Assembly: GCA_036336835.1 (NCBI GenBank) | Contig: JAYZFK010000023.1 | Location: forward strand, 1-12,974 | Source of the DNA: Myxococcota bacterium | Lineage (GTDB): Bacteria > Myxococcota_A > UBA9160 > UBA4427 | Direction of reading: 5' to 3' | Length of the DNA stretch: 12,974 nt | In this document: piece by piece, positions 1 through 7,446 of the stretch | How positions within the stretch are numbered: the stretch's first letter is position 1 | Layout: each line of letters begins with the position of its first letter | The notes under the pieces: generated by a model | The model's input: the letters and a program-made list of their open reading frames with translations, nothing else | The model's database searches: none | What the model was told of the DNA's origin: nothing | Program-made: the position numbers and the translations under genes

Positions 1-77
1 GGGCCCGCCAGCGCATTCCACAGGCGCAGTCCGACAGCGGCTCCGATCGAGGCGGCCCAGGCCGCGCGCAGGGCCAT
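1..77 (-). CDS. 5' fragment of a putative membrane protein (runs off the window start)
   Basis: ATG at 77 opens MALRAAWAASIGAAVGLRLWNALAGP..., a hydrophobic N-terminal helix with no stop before position 1. A TAGCCT box (84..89) lies 6 nt upstream. Too short to assign a family. Confidence 0.45.
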   Translation of the reverse strand, partial: MALRAAWAASIGAAVGLRLWNALAG

Positions 78-124
78 GGACGAAGGCTACCGCGCCTGCG
101 CTGGCGCTCGCTGGGAGCGCGGGA

Positions 125-904
125 TCAGCGTGCGGAGACTCCGAGTCGGGTGAGCGCGGCGAGGATGGTCTCGGGCCGCGGTCGGACGCGCCAGTTGTCG
201 GTGAGGTCGCGCCAGCCCACGGCGCCGTTGCGGACGATGAAGGTGGCCGGGCGCGGAACGGTGGCGCCCTCCGGCCCCGCACCGGGGTGCTCGAGCCCGA
301 ACGCGCGCGTCAGCGCGAGGCCGGCATCGGACAGGATCGGGAAGTCGAGCCCGAGGCGCTCGACCACACCGAGGTTGCGCTCCACGGAGTCCGGGCTCAC
401 CGCGACGACAGCGACGCCGCGCTCGCGGAACTCGGACAGGCTCAGCTGCAGACCCCGCAGCTCGGTCATGCAGAAGGGTCACCAGTGGCCGCGGTAGAAG
501 ACGAGCACCACGTCGCCGCGCGCCAGCTGCGCGAGATCCACGGGTTCGTCGAGGTGACTCGACAGCGTCAGCGCCGGGACCGGCTCGCCCGTCGGCAGGG
601 CCGATGCGGCATCCGGCACGCCGTAGGACTCGAAGAAGCAGTAGTAGACCAGGATCACCGTGCAGAGACTCGACAAGGAGAGGCCCGCCACGGCAGCCGC
701 GCGCCGCGCCGCGCCGCCGCGCGACCAGGCGCGCGGCAGTGCCCTCGCCGATGCCGCGACGGCTCCGCCGAGGATTGCCAGGTTGAGCCAGGGGAAGTCG
801 CTGAGTGTCGGCCAGCGAACGATCAGGGTGAAGTAGCTGGCAACGCCCAGCACGGCGATGAGCGGTCCCAGCCAGAGGCCCCGGTTGTGCTGTGCTTCCG
901 ACAT
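125..904 (-). CDS. Membrane-anchored peroxiredoxin-like (AhpC/TSA, thioredoxin fold) selenoprotein, UxxC motif, about 259 aa; Sec encoded by TGA at 479..481
   Basis: ORFs 479..988 and 125..469 are in the same frame, joined by TGG TGA CCC TTC TGC ATG, giving VVLVFYRGHW-U-PFCMTELRGLQ. This matches the Prx-like FYRGxWCPxC motif with TGA at the first Cys. Downstream VVAVSPD, FPILSD and PATFIV motifs complete the fold. Three hydrophobic helices precede it. Start chosen at ATG 904 (MSEAQH). Confidence 0.88.
444..462 (-). promoter_or_regulatory. Bacterial SECIS-like hairpin
   Basis: Minus strand AGCUGCGG-GGU-CUGCAGCU: 8-bp stem (one G-U) starting 16 nt after the UGA, with a G/U-containing apical loop about 24 nt from the UGA. 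Core UGCGGGGUCUGCA resembles the E. coli fdhF SECIS core UGCAGGUCUGCA. Confidence 0.75.
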
Positions 905-994
905 GGGCGCGCAGTCTAGCTCGGGAATCTCGATCAACGGCCGGGATTGTTGGCTGCAACTCCGCGCGCGGGGGGACGCGGCTACCATCGGAGT

Positions 995-2668
995 ATGACG
1001 TCGGCTGTGCCTCCGTCACGAGCCCGCGGCGGCGATTGGGCGCCGCTCGCGGTTGCCGCAGTGTTCTCTGCGCTCGGCTACCTGTGGCTCGATCAGCACG
1101 GGGTCGCGCTGTCGCGCGACTCGACCCACTACCTCGGCGTGGCCGTCGACCTGCGCTTCGCCGGTTTCGAGCTGCCTGCCGAGCCCGCGTACCCCATCGG
1201 CTACCCGCTGCTCGTCGCGCAGCTGATGCGGTTCGAGCCGTTTGCCGCCGATGCGGCTCGCACGCTCTCCTGGCTCTCTTACGTGTTGCTGATCTCGTGC
1301 GCGGCGGCGCTCTTCCGCCGCGTCGCCGATCCGCTCCCCGCCAGCCTCGGCGTCGCGGTGCTCGCGACCCTTCCGCCGATCGTCGCCCAGCACGGCTACG
1401 CCCTGTCGGGCGCGCCGTTCGGGGCGCTGATCCAGCTGCACGTGCTGCTCGTCGCGCTGCACGCGCGGGCGCGCGGGCGTTCGAGGACCGCCTGGCTGGC
1501 GGCGGCCGCGGCGACGCTGGGGCTCGCAACCATCGTGCGCGTAATCGGTTACGCCGGAATCGTGGTGTTCACGGGCTACGTCCTGTGGCTCGCGATCGAT
1601 CTGCGCCGGCGTCCGCACGAGCTCGCCGCACTCCTGCTGCCACACTCGCTCTGCTACCTGCCTCCGCTCTCCATCGCGCTGGCCTATTCGGTGATCGGGC
1701 GGCCGGTGCACGGCTACCGCGGGGGCTCGCAAGAGGCGTTCGGGCTGAACGTCGAGCGCGCGATCGAGGCGCTCACTCTCGACCTCGGGGCGATGTTGCT
1801 CGTGCCTGTGTTGCTGGGCATCGGATTGTTCGCCTGGCGCGTGCTTCGCCGCGATGCGGAGGCGGCGCCGGATCTTCGTCCGCCGGTCGCCGTACCGGTC
1901 GGCTATGCGGTCGCGATGCTCGTCGTCTATCTGTGCGCGATCGTGGCCGCAGCCACGCTGACCAAGGTGTCACCCGTCGGGAGCCGCTTCTTCGCACCCT
2001 ATTACGGCCTGGTTCTGGTCGTCGTGCTCGGGGCCGCGGGTCTCGCGCCGTTGCGGGCGCGTCGAGCGATCTCGCTGGCGGTGTCCCTGGCGCTGCTCGC
2101 CGTGGTGGTTTCCAGCGCCCGAGAGATCGAGGCGGGCCATCGGAGCCTGGCGCGCATTGCCGCCGGGCGGCCGTTTCACTTCCAGCAGGGCTTCGCCGCG
2201 AGCTCGAGCGCCAGGCCGCTGCGCGACTTCCTGGGCGAGCTGGGTCGCGGGGACGAATCGACGAGTCTGAGCGTGCTGGCCCCGCTCCCGCGCCGCGGTC
2301 ACCACAAGGAGGGCGCTCGTTCATTGCTGTTCGTGCGCGACGCCTTGGCCTCGCCGGTGGAGTCGGCTCGCTTCGAGCGCCTCGGGCCGGGTCGCTGGCG
2401 GTTGCGGCTGGGCGACGCACCCGAGCAGGCTGGCTTGCTCTACCTCGGGCTGCCCCTCGACTCGGAAACCGATCTCACCATCGAGCGCACGCTCGCCGCC
2501 GTCGTCCAGGTGATGGCGGCCAGCAGTCGGGCTTCGCACTGGCTGCTGGTTCCTGCGCAGGTCGACGCGATCCAGCACGTGACGGCGATCGAGGGTGTGC
2601 CGCTGCGCGTGGCGGAGCGGCGTGAGCTCGGGGCCTATCGCGGCTACCGGTTCGCGCTCGCGCGCTGA
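995..2668 (+). CDS. Polytopic membrane protein, GT-C fold glycosyltransferase-like (ArnT/PMT-like)
   Basis: Roughly a dozen hydrophobic segments plus a soluble C-terminal region. First loop SRDSTHYLGVA...YPIGYPLL resembles the D-x3-Y...P-x-GYP pattern of GT-C enzymes. ATG 995 preferred over TTG 947. Confidence 0.6.
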   Translation: MTSAVPPSRARGGDWAPLAVAAVFSALGYLWLDQHGVALSRDSTHYLGVAVDLRFAGFELPAEPAYPIGYPLLVAQLMRFEPFAADAARTLSWLSYVLLISCAAALFRRVADPLPASLGVAVLATLPPIVAQHGYALSGAPFGALIQLHVLLVALHARARGRSRTAWLAAAAATLGLATIVRVIGYAGIVVFTGYVLWLAIDLRRRPHELAALLLPHSLCYLPPLSIALAYSVIGRPVHGYRGGSQEAFGLNVERAIEALTLDLGAMLLVPVLLGIGLFAWRVLRRDAEAAPDLRPPVAVPVGYAVAMLVVYLCAIVAAATLTKVSPVGSRFFAPYYGLVLVVVLGAAGLAPLRARRAISLAVSLALLAVVVSSAREIEAGHRSLARIAAGRPFHFQQGFAASSSARPLRDFLGELGRGDESTSLSVLAPLPRRGHHKEGARSLLFVRDALASPVESARFERLGPGRWRLRLGDAPEQAGLLYLGLPLDSETDLTIERTLAAVVQVMAASSRASHWLLVPAQVDAIQHVTAIEGVPLRVAERRELGAYRGYRFALAR

Positions 2669-2871
2669 GGCCGCGCCGGGCTGGCGGCACCGGCTCGCGC
2701 CTGCGGCGGCCACGCGGACCAGACCAGCAGTGCGATCCAGCCGATCCCCGTCCAGCCGACCAGGAGGTTCGCGACCAGGATCAGCCCGATGGCATCGCGT
2801 CCGCGGGCCGCGGCCGCCAGGAAGGGAGCCAGGTAGAGCGTGAGCAGGAAGAAGGGAAGAAGCTCGACCAT
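2644..2871 (-). CDS. Superinfection immunity protein family (Imm_superinfect-like) small membrane protein, 75 aa
   Basis: LYLAPFLAAAARGRDAIGLILVANLLVGWTGIGWIALLVWS matches the family pattern YxxPxxxAxxR...NLxxGWTxIGWxxxLxW. Start at ATG 2871; 3' end overlaps the convergent gene by 25 nt. Confidence 0.8.
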   Translation of the reverse strand: MVELLPFFLLTLYLAPFLAAAARGRDAIGLILVANLLVGWTGIGWIALLVWSAWPPQARAGAASPARPQRASANR

Positions 2872-3040
2872 GGTAGTGCGAGGATAGGCGTCCCAGTTGA
2901 CAGGAGCACGCAGCACAAGGTTGCGTGCGGGGAGACGTCCTGGCGACGCGGCCGTCGGCTACAGACGCGGTTATCGTCTCGCTGCGTGACTCCGGATGTC
3001 CTTGCGAGCACATCCGTTGCGAGACGCGGGAAGGAGTCAG

Positions 3041-3664
3041 ATGGCGCTTTCGGTGATCGGAGCTGGCTTCGGGCGCACCGGCACGCTCTCGCTGAAGCAG
3101 GCGCTCGAGACGCTCGGCATTGGCCGCTGTTACCACATGCGGGAGGTCCTCCGAAACCCGGATCACGTTGCGGCGTGGGACCAGATCGCCGACGGGGCCC
3201 AGGGCCATTGGGACGATCTGCTCGACGGCTATGCCGCAACGCTCGACTGGCCGGCCTGCCGCTATTGGCGCGAGCTCGCCGATCACTACCCCGATGCGAA
3301 GATCCTGCTCAGCGTGCGCGACCCCGACAGCTGGTACGACAGCGTGCACGAGACGATCTACCAGTTCCTGAAGGGTGACGAGGTTCCCGGTAGCCCGACG
3401 ACGGAGCCGCTGCGGGAGATGGCGCGCAAGACCGTGCTGCAGCGCACGTTCGATCACCGGTTCGAGGTCCGCGCGCACGCGATCTCGGTATTCGAGCGGC
3501 ACAACGATGCCGTGCGGGCCGCGTTCGACGGAGATCGTCTGCTGGTCTGCCGCGCGTCGGAAGGTTGGGAGCCACTTTGCGACTTCCTGGGCGTGCCGAT
3601 TCCCGCCCAGTCGTTCCCACACGTCAATCGACGCAGCGAGCTGCGCGAGTCGATCGGCGCCTGA
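3041..3664 (+). CDS. Sulfotransferase family protein (Sulfotransfer_4-like, P-loop)
   Basis: VIGAGFGRTGTLSLKQALETLG, CYHM, DWP, RDPDSWYDS, GWEPLCDFLG and FPHVN motifs. SD AAGGAG at 3031..3036. Confidence 0.88.
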   Translation: MALSVIGAGFGRTGTLSLKQALETLGIGRCYHMREVLRNPDHVAAWDQIADGAQGHWDDLLDGYAATLDWPACRYWRELADHYPDAKILLSVRDPDSWYDSVHETIYQFLKGDEVPGSPTTEPLREMARKTVLQRTFDHRFEVRAHAISVFERHNDAVRAAFDGDRLLVCRASEGWEPLCDFLGVPIPAQSFPHVNRRSELRESIGA

Positions 3665-3707
3665 AGCGTTCGAACGGCGCACTGTGCCGGCCGCAGGAGG
3701 AGACATC

Positions 3708-4901
3708 ATGTCCGGACCGCTCGAAGGGTTTCGTGTGCTCGACCTCGGCCAGCTGATTGCAGGCCCGTGGGCGGCGACGATGCTGGCCGACCAGGGAGCC
3801 GACGTCATCAAGCTCGAGCGCCCCGGAATGGGCGATTTGTTTCGCTATGTGGGCAGCAGCCGCAACGGGATGTCGGGCATGTTCCACCTGCTGAACCGCG
3901 GCAAGCGCTCGCTGGCGCTCGATCTCGGACGTCCGGAGGGCGTCGAGGTGTTCCTCGCGCTCGCGCGCACCGCGGACGTGATCGTCCAGAACCTGCGACC
4001 GGGAGTCGTCGACAGGCTCGGGGTCGGATATCAGGCGGTGCGGGCGGTGCGCGACGACATCGTCTACCTCTCGCTGTCCGGCTTTGGACCGGAGGGCCCG
4101 TACTCCCAGCGCGGCGCCTATGACAACGTGATCCAGTCGTATTCAGGCCTCGCGGACGCCCAGGCGAATCCCGAGACGGGCGAGCCCGAGTTCGTCCGGC
4201 AGCTGCTCACCGACAAGCTCACGGCGTGGGCAGGCGCCCAGGCGGTGACCGCCGCGTTGCTGTCGCGTGCGCTCGGCCGCGGGGGGCAGCACGTCGAGCT
4301 GGCGATGCTCGACGCGGCGATCTCGTTCATGTGGCCGGATCGAGCCGGTCATCGGACCCTGCTGGGCGAGGGCATCGACGAGCAGCCGCCGCTCGGTCCC
4401 AACTTCAAGCTGCTCGAGCTGGCGGACGGATACGGCACGGCGACGGCCTTCACCGACGCTGAGTTCGCGGGTCTGTGCCAGGCGCTCGGTCTCGCGGATG
4501 TGGCCGCCGATCCGCGGCTCTCGAGCACCGCGGTGCGCATGCAGAATCTCGACCACCTCACGGCCACGTATCGCGATGCCATCGGTCCGGCCGCCGCAAA
4601 GCTCGACCGCGAGACATTCGAGCGCGAGCTGGTCGCCCAGGACGTTCCACACGGCGTGGTGCGCAGTATCGATGAGCTCCACACCGATCCCCACATCGTC
4701 GCTACCGGCGTGTTCGTGGAGCGCGATCACGCGATCGCCGGCCGGCTGCGTGAGCCGCGCCATCCCGCCCGCTTCCACGGGACGCCGCTGGACGGTGTGG
4801 GCGATGCCCCGGCGCTCGGCCAGCACAGCGACGAGATCCTGGCCGACATCGACCTGGGCGCGCGCACGGCCGAGCTCCGATCGTCGGGTGTCGTCGGCTA
4901 G
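3708..4901 (+). CDS. Family III CoA-transferase (CaiB/BaiF)
   Basis: PLEGFRVLDL..IAGP..LADQGADVIKLE, NRGKRS, NLRPG, SGFGPEGPY, candidate catalytic Asp in LTDKLTA, and APALGQHS. SD AGGAGG at 3695..3700. Confidence 0.93.
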   Translation: MSGPLEGFRVLDLGQLIAGPWAATMLADQGADVIKLERPGMGDLFRYVGSSRNGMSGMFHLLNRGKRSLALDLGRPEGVEVFLALARTADVIVQNLRPGVVDRLGVGYQAVRAVRDDIVYLSLSGFGPEGPYSQRGAYDNVIQSYSGLADAQANPETGEPEFVRQLLTDKLTAWAGAQAVTAALLSRALGRGGQHVELAMLDAAISFMWPDRAGHRTLLGEGIDEQPPLGPNFKLLELADGYGTATAFTDAEFAGLCQALGLADVAADPRLSSTAVRMQNLDHLTATYRDAIGPAAAKLDRETFERELVAQDVPHGVVRSIDELHTDPHIVATGVFVERDHAIAGRLREPRHPARFHGTPLDGVGDAPALGQHSDEILADIDLGARTAELRSSGVVG

Positions 4902-4919
4902 GGACAGGCTCCTAGCCGA
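4894..4919. terminator. Inverted repeat spanning the stop codons of two convergent genes; possible bidirectional terminator
   Basis: TCGGCTAGG (4894..4902) and CCTAGCCGA (4911..4919) form a perfect 9-bp stem. No U-tract on either side. Confidence 0.4.
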
Positions 4920-5529
4920 GGTGGGTGCGCCCGTCTGCGATGCGTACGCGTCCCTCGGCAATCGCGCGGATCGCCGCCGGCACGAGTCGCCGCTCGGCGG
5001 CGCGAACGCGCGCCGCGAGCGTGTCCGGCGTGTCGGATTCGAGCACCGGCACGGCTTCCTGCATCAAGATCGGGCCGTGGTCGTATTCCTCGTCGGTGAA
5101 GTGGACCGTGGCGCCGGAGACCTTGACGCCCTTTGCGAGCACGGCCTCGTGCACGCGCGCGCCGTAGAAGCCCGGTCCGCTGAACGCCGGAATCAGTGCC
5201 GGGTGGACGTTGATCACGCGGCCTTCGTACTTGCCGCGCAGCTGGAAGAGTGACAGGAAGCCCAGCAGTGCGATCAGGTCGAACTCGTACTTGGCGAGCT
5301 CGCTGTGAAGCGCGTCGTTGAAGGAGTCGATGTCGCGCAGCTGCTTGCGCGCGACGGCGACCGCGGGCACCCCGCGGCGGCGGGCCCGCTCGAGGCCGAA
5401 CGCTCGCTCGCGCGAGGCAATGACGACGGCCACTTCGGCCGGAAGTCCCCGGTCGATGTGGTCGAACAGGTTCTCGAGGCTGGTCCCGTCACCCGACAGC
5501 AGGACGGCGACTCGGAGCTTGTCGGGCAC
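4912..5529 (-). CDS. purN: Phosphoribosylglycinamide formyltransferase
   Basis: VAVLLSGDGTSL, INVHPALIPAF (catalytic N/H) and GATVHF...DHGPI (catalytic D). GTG 5529 lies 4 nt after the metF stop; alternative GTG at 5568. Confidence 0.92.
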   Translation of the reverse strand: MPDKLRVAVLLSGDGTSLENLFDHIDRGLPAEVAVVIASRERAFGLERARRRGVPAVAVARKQLRDIDSFNDALHSELAKYEFDLIALLGFLSLFQLRGKYEGRVINVHPALIPAFSGPGFYGARVHEAVLAKGVKVSGATVHFTDEEYDHGPILMQEAVPVLESDTPDTLAARVRAAERRLVPAAIRAIAEGRVRIADGRTHLG

Positions 5530-5533
5530 GCGC

Positions 5534-6406
5534 TCACCCGTCCCCGAATAGACGCCGGTGGATCTCACGCGTCGCCGGGGAGCGGTTCAGGGTGTAGAAG
5601 TGGATGCCGGGTGCGCCGTTGTCGATCAGGTCCCGGCACTGCTCACTGGCCCAGCGCGTTCCGATCGCGGCCACGGCCGCGTTGTCGTCTGCGACCTGGT
5701 CGAGCTCGCGCTCGAGCTCTTGCGGGATCCGAGCATTCGCCAGCGTCGCCATGCGCTTGATGTTGGAGGCGCTCACCACCGGCATGATGCCGGGGACGAT
5801 GGGCACCTCGATGCCGGCCGCTCGCGCGCGCGCGACGAACGCGTAGTAGTCGCGGTTGTCGAAAAACAGCTGGGTGATCAGGAAGTCCGTTCCGGCGCGC
5901 ACTTTGCGAACGAGGTTCGCGAGATCCTCGGCCGCGGACGTCGCCCTCGGGTGGACCTCGGGATAGCAGCCGCCCCCGATCGCGAAGCTCCAGGGACCGG
6001 AGCGGATGAACTCGACGAGCTCGTTCGCGTAGCGGAAGTCGTCCTCTGCGGGCTCGGAGTCGGCGGCGTCGAGGGGCGGGTCGCCGCCGAGCGCGAGCAC
6101 GTTCTCGATGCCCGCTCGCTCGAGGTCATCGAGCAGTCCGGCGATCTCGGCGCGGCCGAGGCTGGCGCAGGGCAGGTGGCACATGGCCGTGATGCCGAGC
6201 TCGTTCTCGATCTGTTTGACGATCTCGACGGTCTTGTCTCGCGTGCTGCCGCCGGCGCCCATCGTCACCGAGACGAAAGAGGGTCCGATCCGCTTCAACT
6301 CCTCGATCGTTCGCAGCAGCGAGGTGTAGCCCTTGTCGGTCTTCGGGGGGAAGAACTCGAACGAGATCACGGCCTTGTTGTGGCCGTACAGCTCGGCGAT
6401 TCGCAT
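5534..6406 (-). CDS. metF: 5,10-methylenetetrahydrofolate reductase
   Basis: SFEFFPPK, SVTMGAGG, LALGGDPP, YPEVHP, ITQLFFD, PGIMP and HFYTLN motifs. Confidence 0.96.
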   Translation of the reverse strand: MRIAELYGHNKAVISFEFFPPKTDKGYTSLLRTIEELKRIGPSFVSVTMGAGGSTRDKTVEIVKQIENELGITAMCHLPCASLGRAEIAGLLDDLERAGIENVLALGGDPPLDAADSEPAEDDFRYANELVEFIRSGPWSFAIGGGCYPEVHPRATSAAEDLANLVRKVRAGTDFLITQLFFDNRDYYAFVARARAAGIEVPIVPGIMPVVSASNIKRMATLANARIPQELERELDQVADDNAAVAAIGTRWASEQCRDLIDNGAPGIHFYTLNRSPATREIHRRLFGDG

Positions 6407-6412
6407 GCCGCC

Positions 6413-6421
6413 AGTCTACCA
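6413..6421 (-). promoter_or_regulatory. Extended -10 box (TGG-TAGACT) of a probable leaderless metF promoter
   Basis: TGn-TAGACT ends 6 nt upstream of the metF ATG; no SD in between. Confidence 0.55.
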
Positions 6422-6431
6422 CCGGTCACCA

Positions 6432-6460
6432 TTGACGCACCGAGGTGCCGCGGCGAGACT
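6432..6460 (+). promoter_or_regulatory. Sigma70-like promoter for the kinase-antiporter operon
   Basis: TTGACG (6432..6437), 17-nt spacer, GAGACT (6455..6460). SD GGAGGA at 6472..6477 before ATG 6481. Confidence 0.5.
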
Positions 6461-6480
6461 GCCGTGCCCGTGGAGGAAGC

Positions 6481-7446
6481 ATGTCGATTCTGGTGACCGG
6501 CTCGGTGGCCTTCGACCACATCATGGTGTTCGAGGACTTGTTCAAGAATCACATCCTGCCAGACAAGGTGCACGTCCTGAACGTTTCGTTCCTGGTGCCA
6601 ACGCTCGACAAGCGCTGGGGCGGAACCGCGGCAAACATCGCCTACAACCTGCGCATCCTGGAAGAGGATCCGATCGTCCTGGCCACCGCCGGGCGCGACT
6701 TCGCTCCGTACCGGAATCGCTTTGCCGAGTGCGGGATCCGTGCCGAAGATGTGCGGGTGCTCGAGGACGCAATGACGGCGCAGGCCTTCATCACCACGGA
6801 TCTCGATGACAACCAGATCACCGTGTTCCATCCCGGAGCCATGGACCGCGCGCACGAGGCGCCGATCGATTCGGTCGCTGGGATCGATCGCGTGACGGTT
6901 GCGATCGTCGGCCCGAACGGCAAGCAGGCGATGATCGATCACGCGCGAGAGCTCAAGGCGCGCGGCATCCCCTGTGTGATCGATCCAGGTCAGGGCCTTC
7001 CCATGTTCGATGGGAAGGAGCTCCAGACCCTGCTCGGCGGCGCGGTCCTGTACGTGGTCAACGACTACGAGTGGGCGCTGACGCTCGACAAGACGGGCCT
7101 CGCCGAGGAGGCGATTGCCGAGCGCGTAGGCGCTGTCGTGGTGACGCGCGGAGATCAGGGCTCCCTGCTGCTGCGGGGCGGTACGGGTGCGGTCGAGCTC
7201 GAGGCCGGCCGCTGCGAGGTCCCGGCCGTGCACGCGGAGCGCGTGGTCGACCCGACGGGCTGTGGCGACTCCTATCGCGCCGGGCTGTTGCACGCGCTCC
7301 ATCGGGGCCTGTCGCTCGAGGTGGGGGTGAAGCTCGGATCGCTTCTCGGTGCGCTCAAGGTTGCGTTACCCGGGCCCCAGAGTATTCCGCTCGAGCCCGA
7401 CGCATTCCGCGCGCGCTACGAGCGGGAGTTCGGCGAAGGCTTCTGA
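6481..7446 (+). CDS. PfkB-family nucleoside kinase, bacterial adenosine-kinase-like
   Basis: TGSVAFDHIM...VSFLV...GGTAANIAY N-terminus typical of mycobacterial ADK and Burkholderia nucleoside kinases; DPGQ, NDYE and the PfkB signature DPTGCGDSYRAG. Confidence 0.88.
   Translation: MSILVTGSVAFDHIMVFEDLFKNHILPDKVHVLNVSFLVPTLDKRWGGTAANIAYNLRILEEDPIVLATAGRDFAPYRNRFAECGIRAEDVRVLEDAMTAQAFITTDLDDNQITVFHPGAMDRAHEAPIDSVAGIDRVTVAIVGPNGKQAMIDHARELKARGIPCVIDPGQGLPMFDGKELQTLLGGAVLYVVNDYEWALTLDKTGLAEEAIAERVGAVVVTRGDQGSLLLRGGTGAVELEAGRCEVPAVHAERVVDPTGCGDSYRAGLLHALHRGLSLEVGVKLGSLLGALKVALPGPQSIPLEPDAFRARYEREFGEGF

Noticed and set aside
479..481. Pseudogene or two separate genes at the TGA
   Set aside because: The stop falls exactly on the catalytic Cys position, a SECIS-like hairpin follows, and neither half alone forms a complete thioredoxin fold.
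2897..2902. Perfect TTGACA -35 hexamer on the + strand
   Set aside because: No plausible -10 box at 16-18 nt spacing.
2887..2960. ZTP (pfl) riboswitch resemblance: stem, GACAGGAG, hairpin, GGGGA
   Set aside because: Lacks the conserved GACUGGCG and the 3' CGCCUGGGC pseudoknot hairpin, and the downstream gene is not a purine or folate gene.
3667..3676. Perfect palindrome CGTTCGAACG between the sulfotransferase and CoA-transferase
   Set aside because: Single 10-mer with no second copy noticed and no promoter context; compatible with chance.
6407..6480. SAM or SAH riboswitch upstream of metF
   Set aside because: Only 74 bp are available, occupied by two promoters; metF appears leaderless and no aptamer consensus is present.
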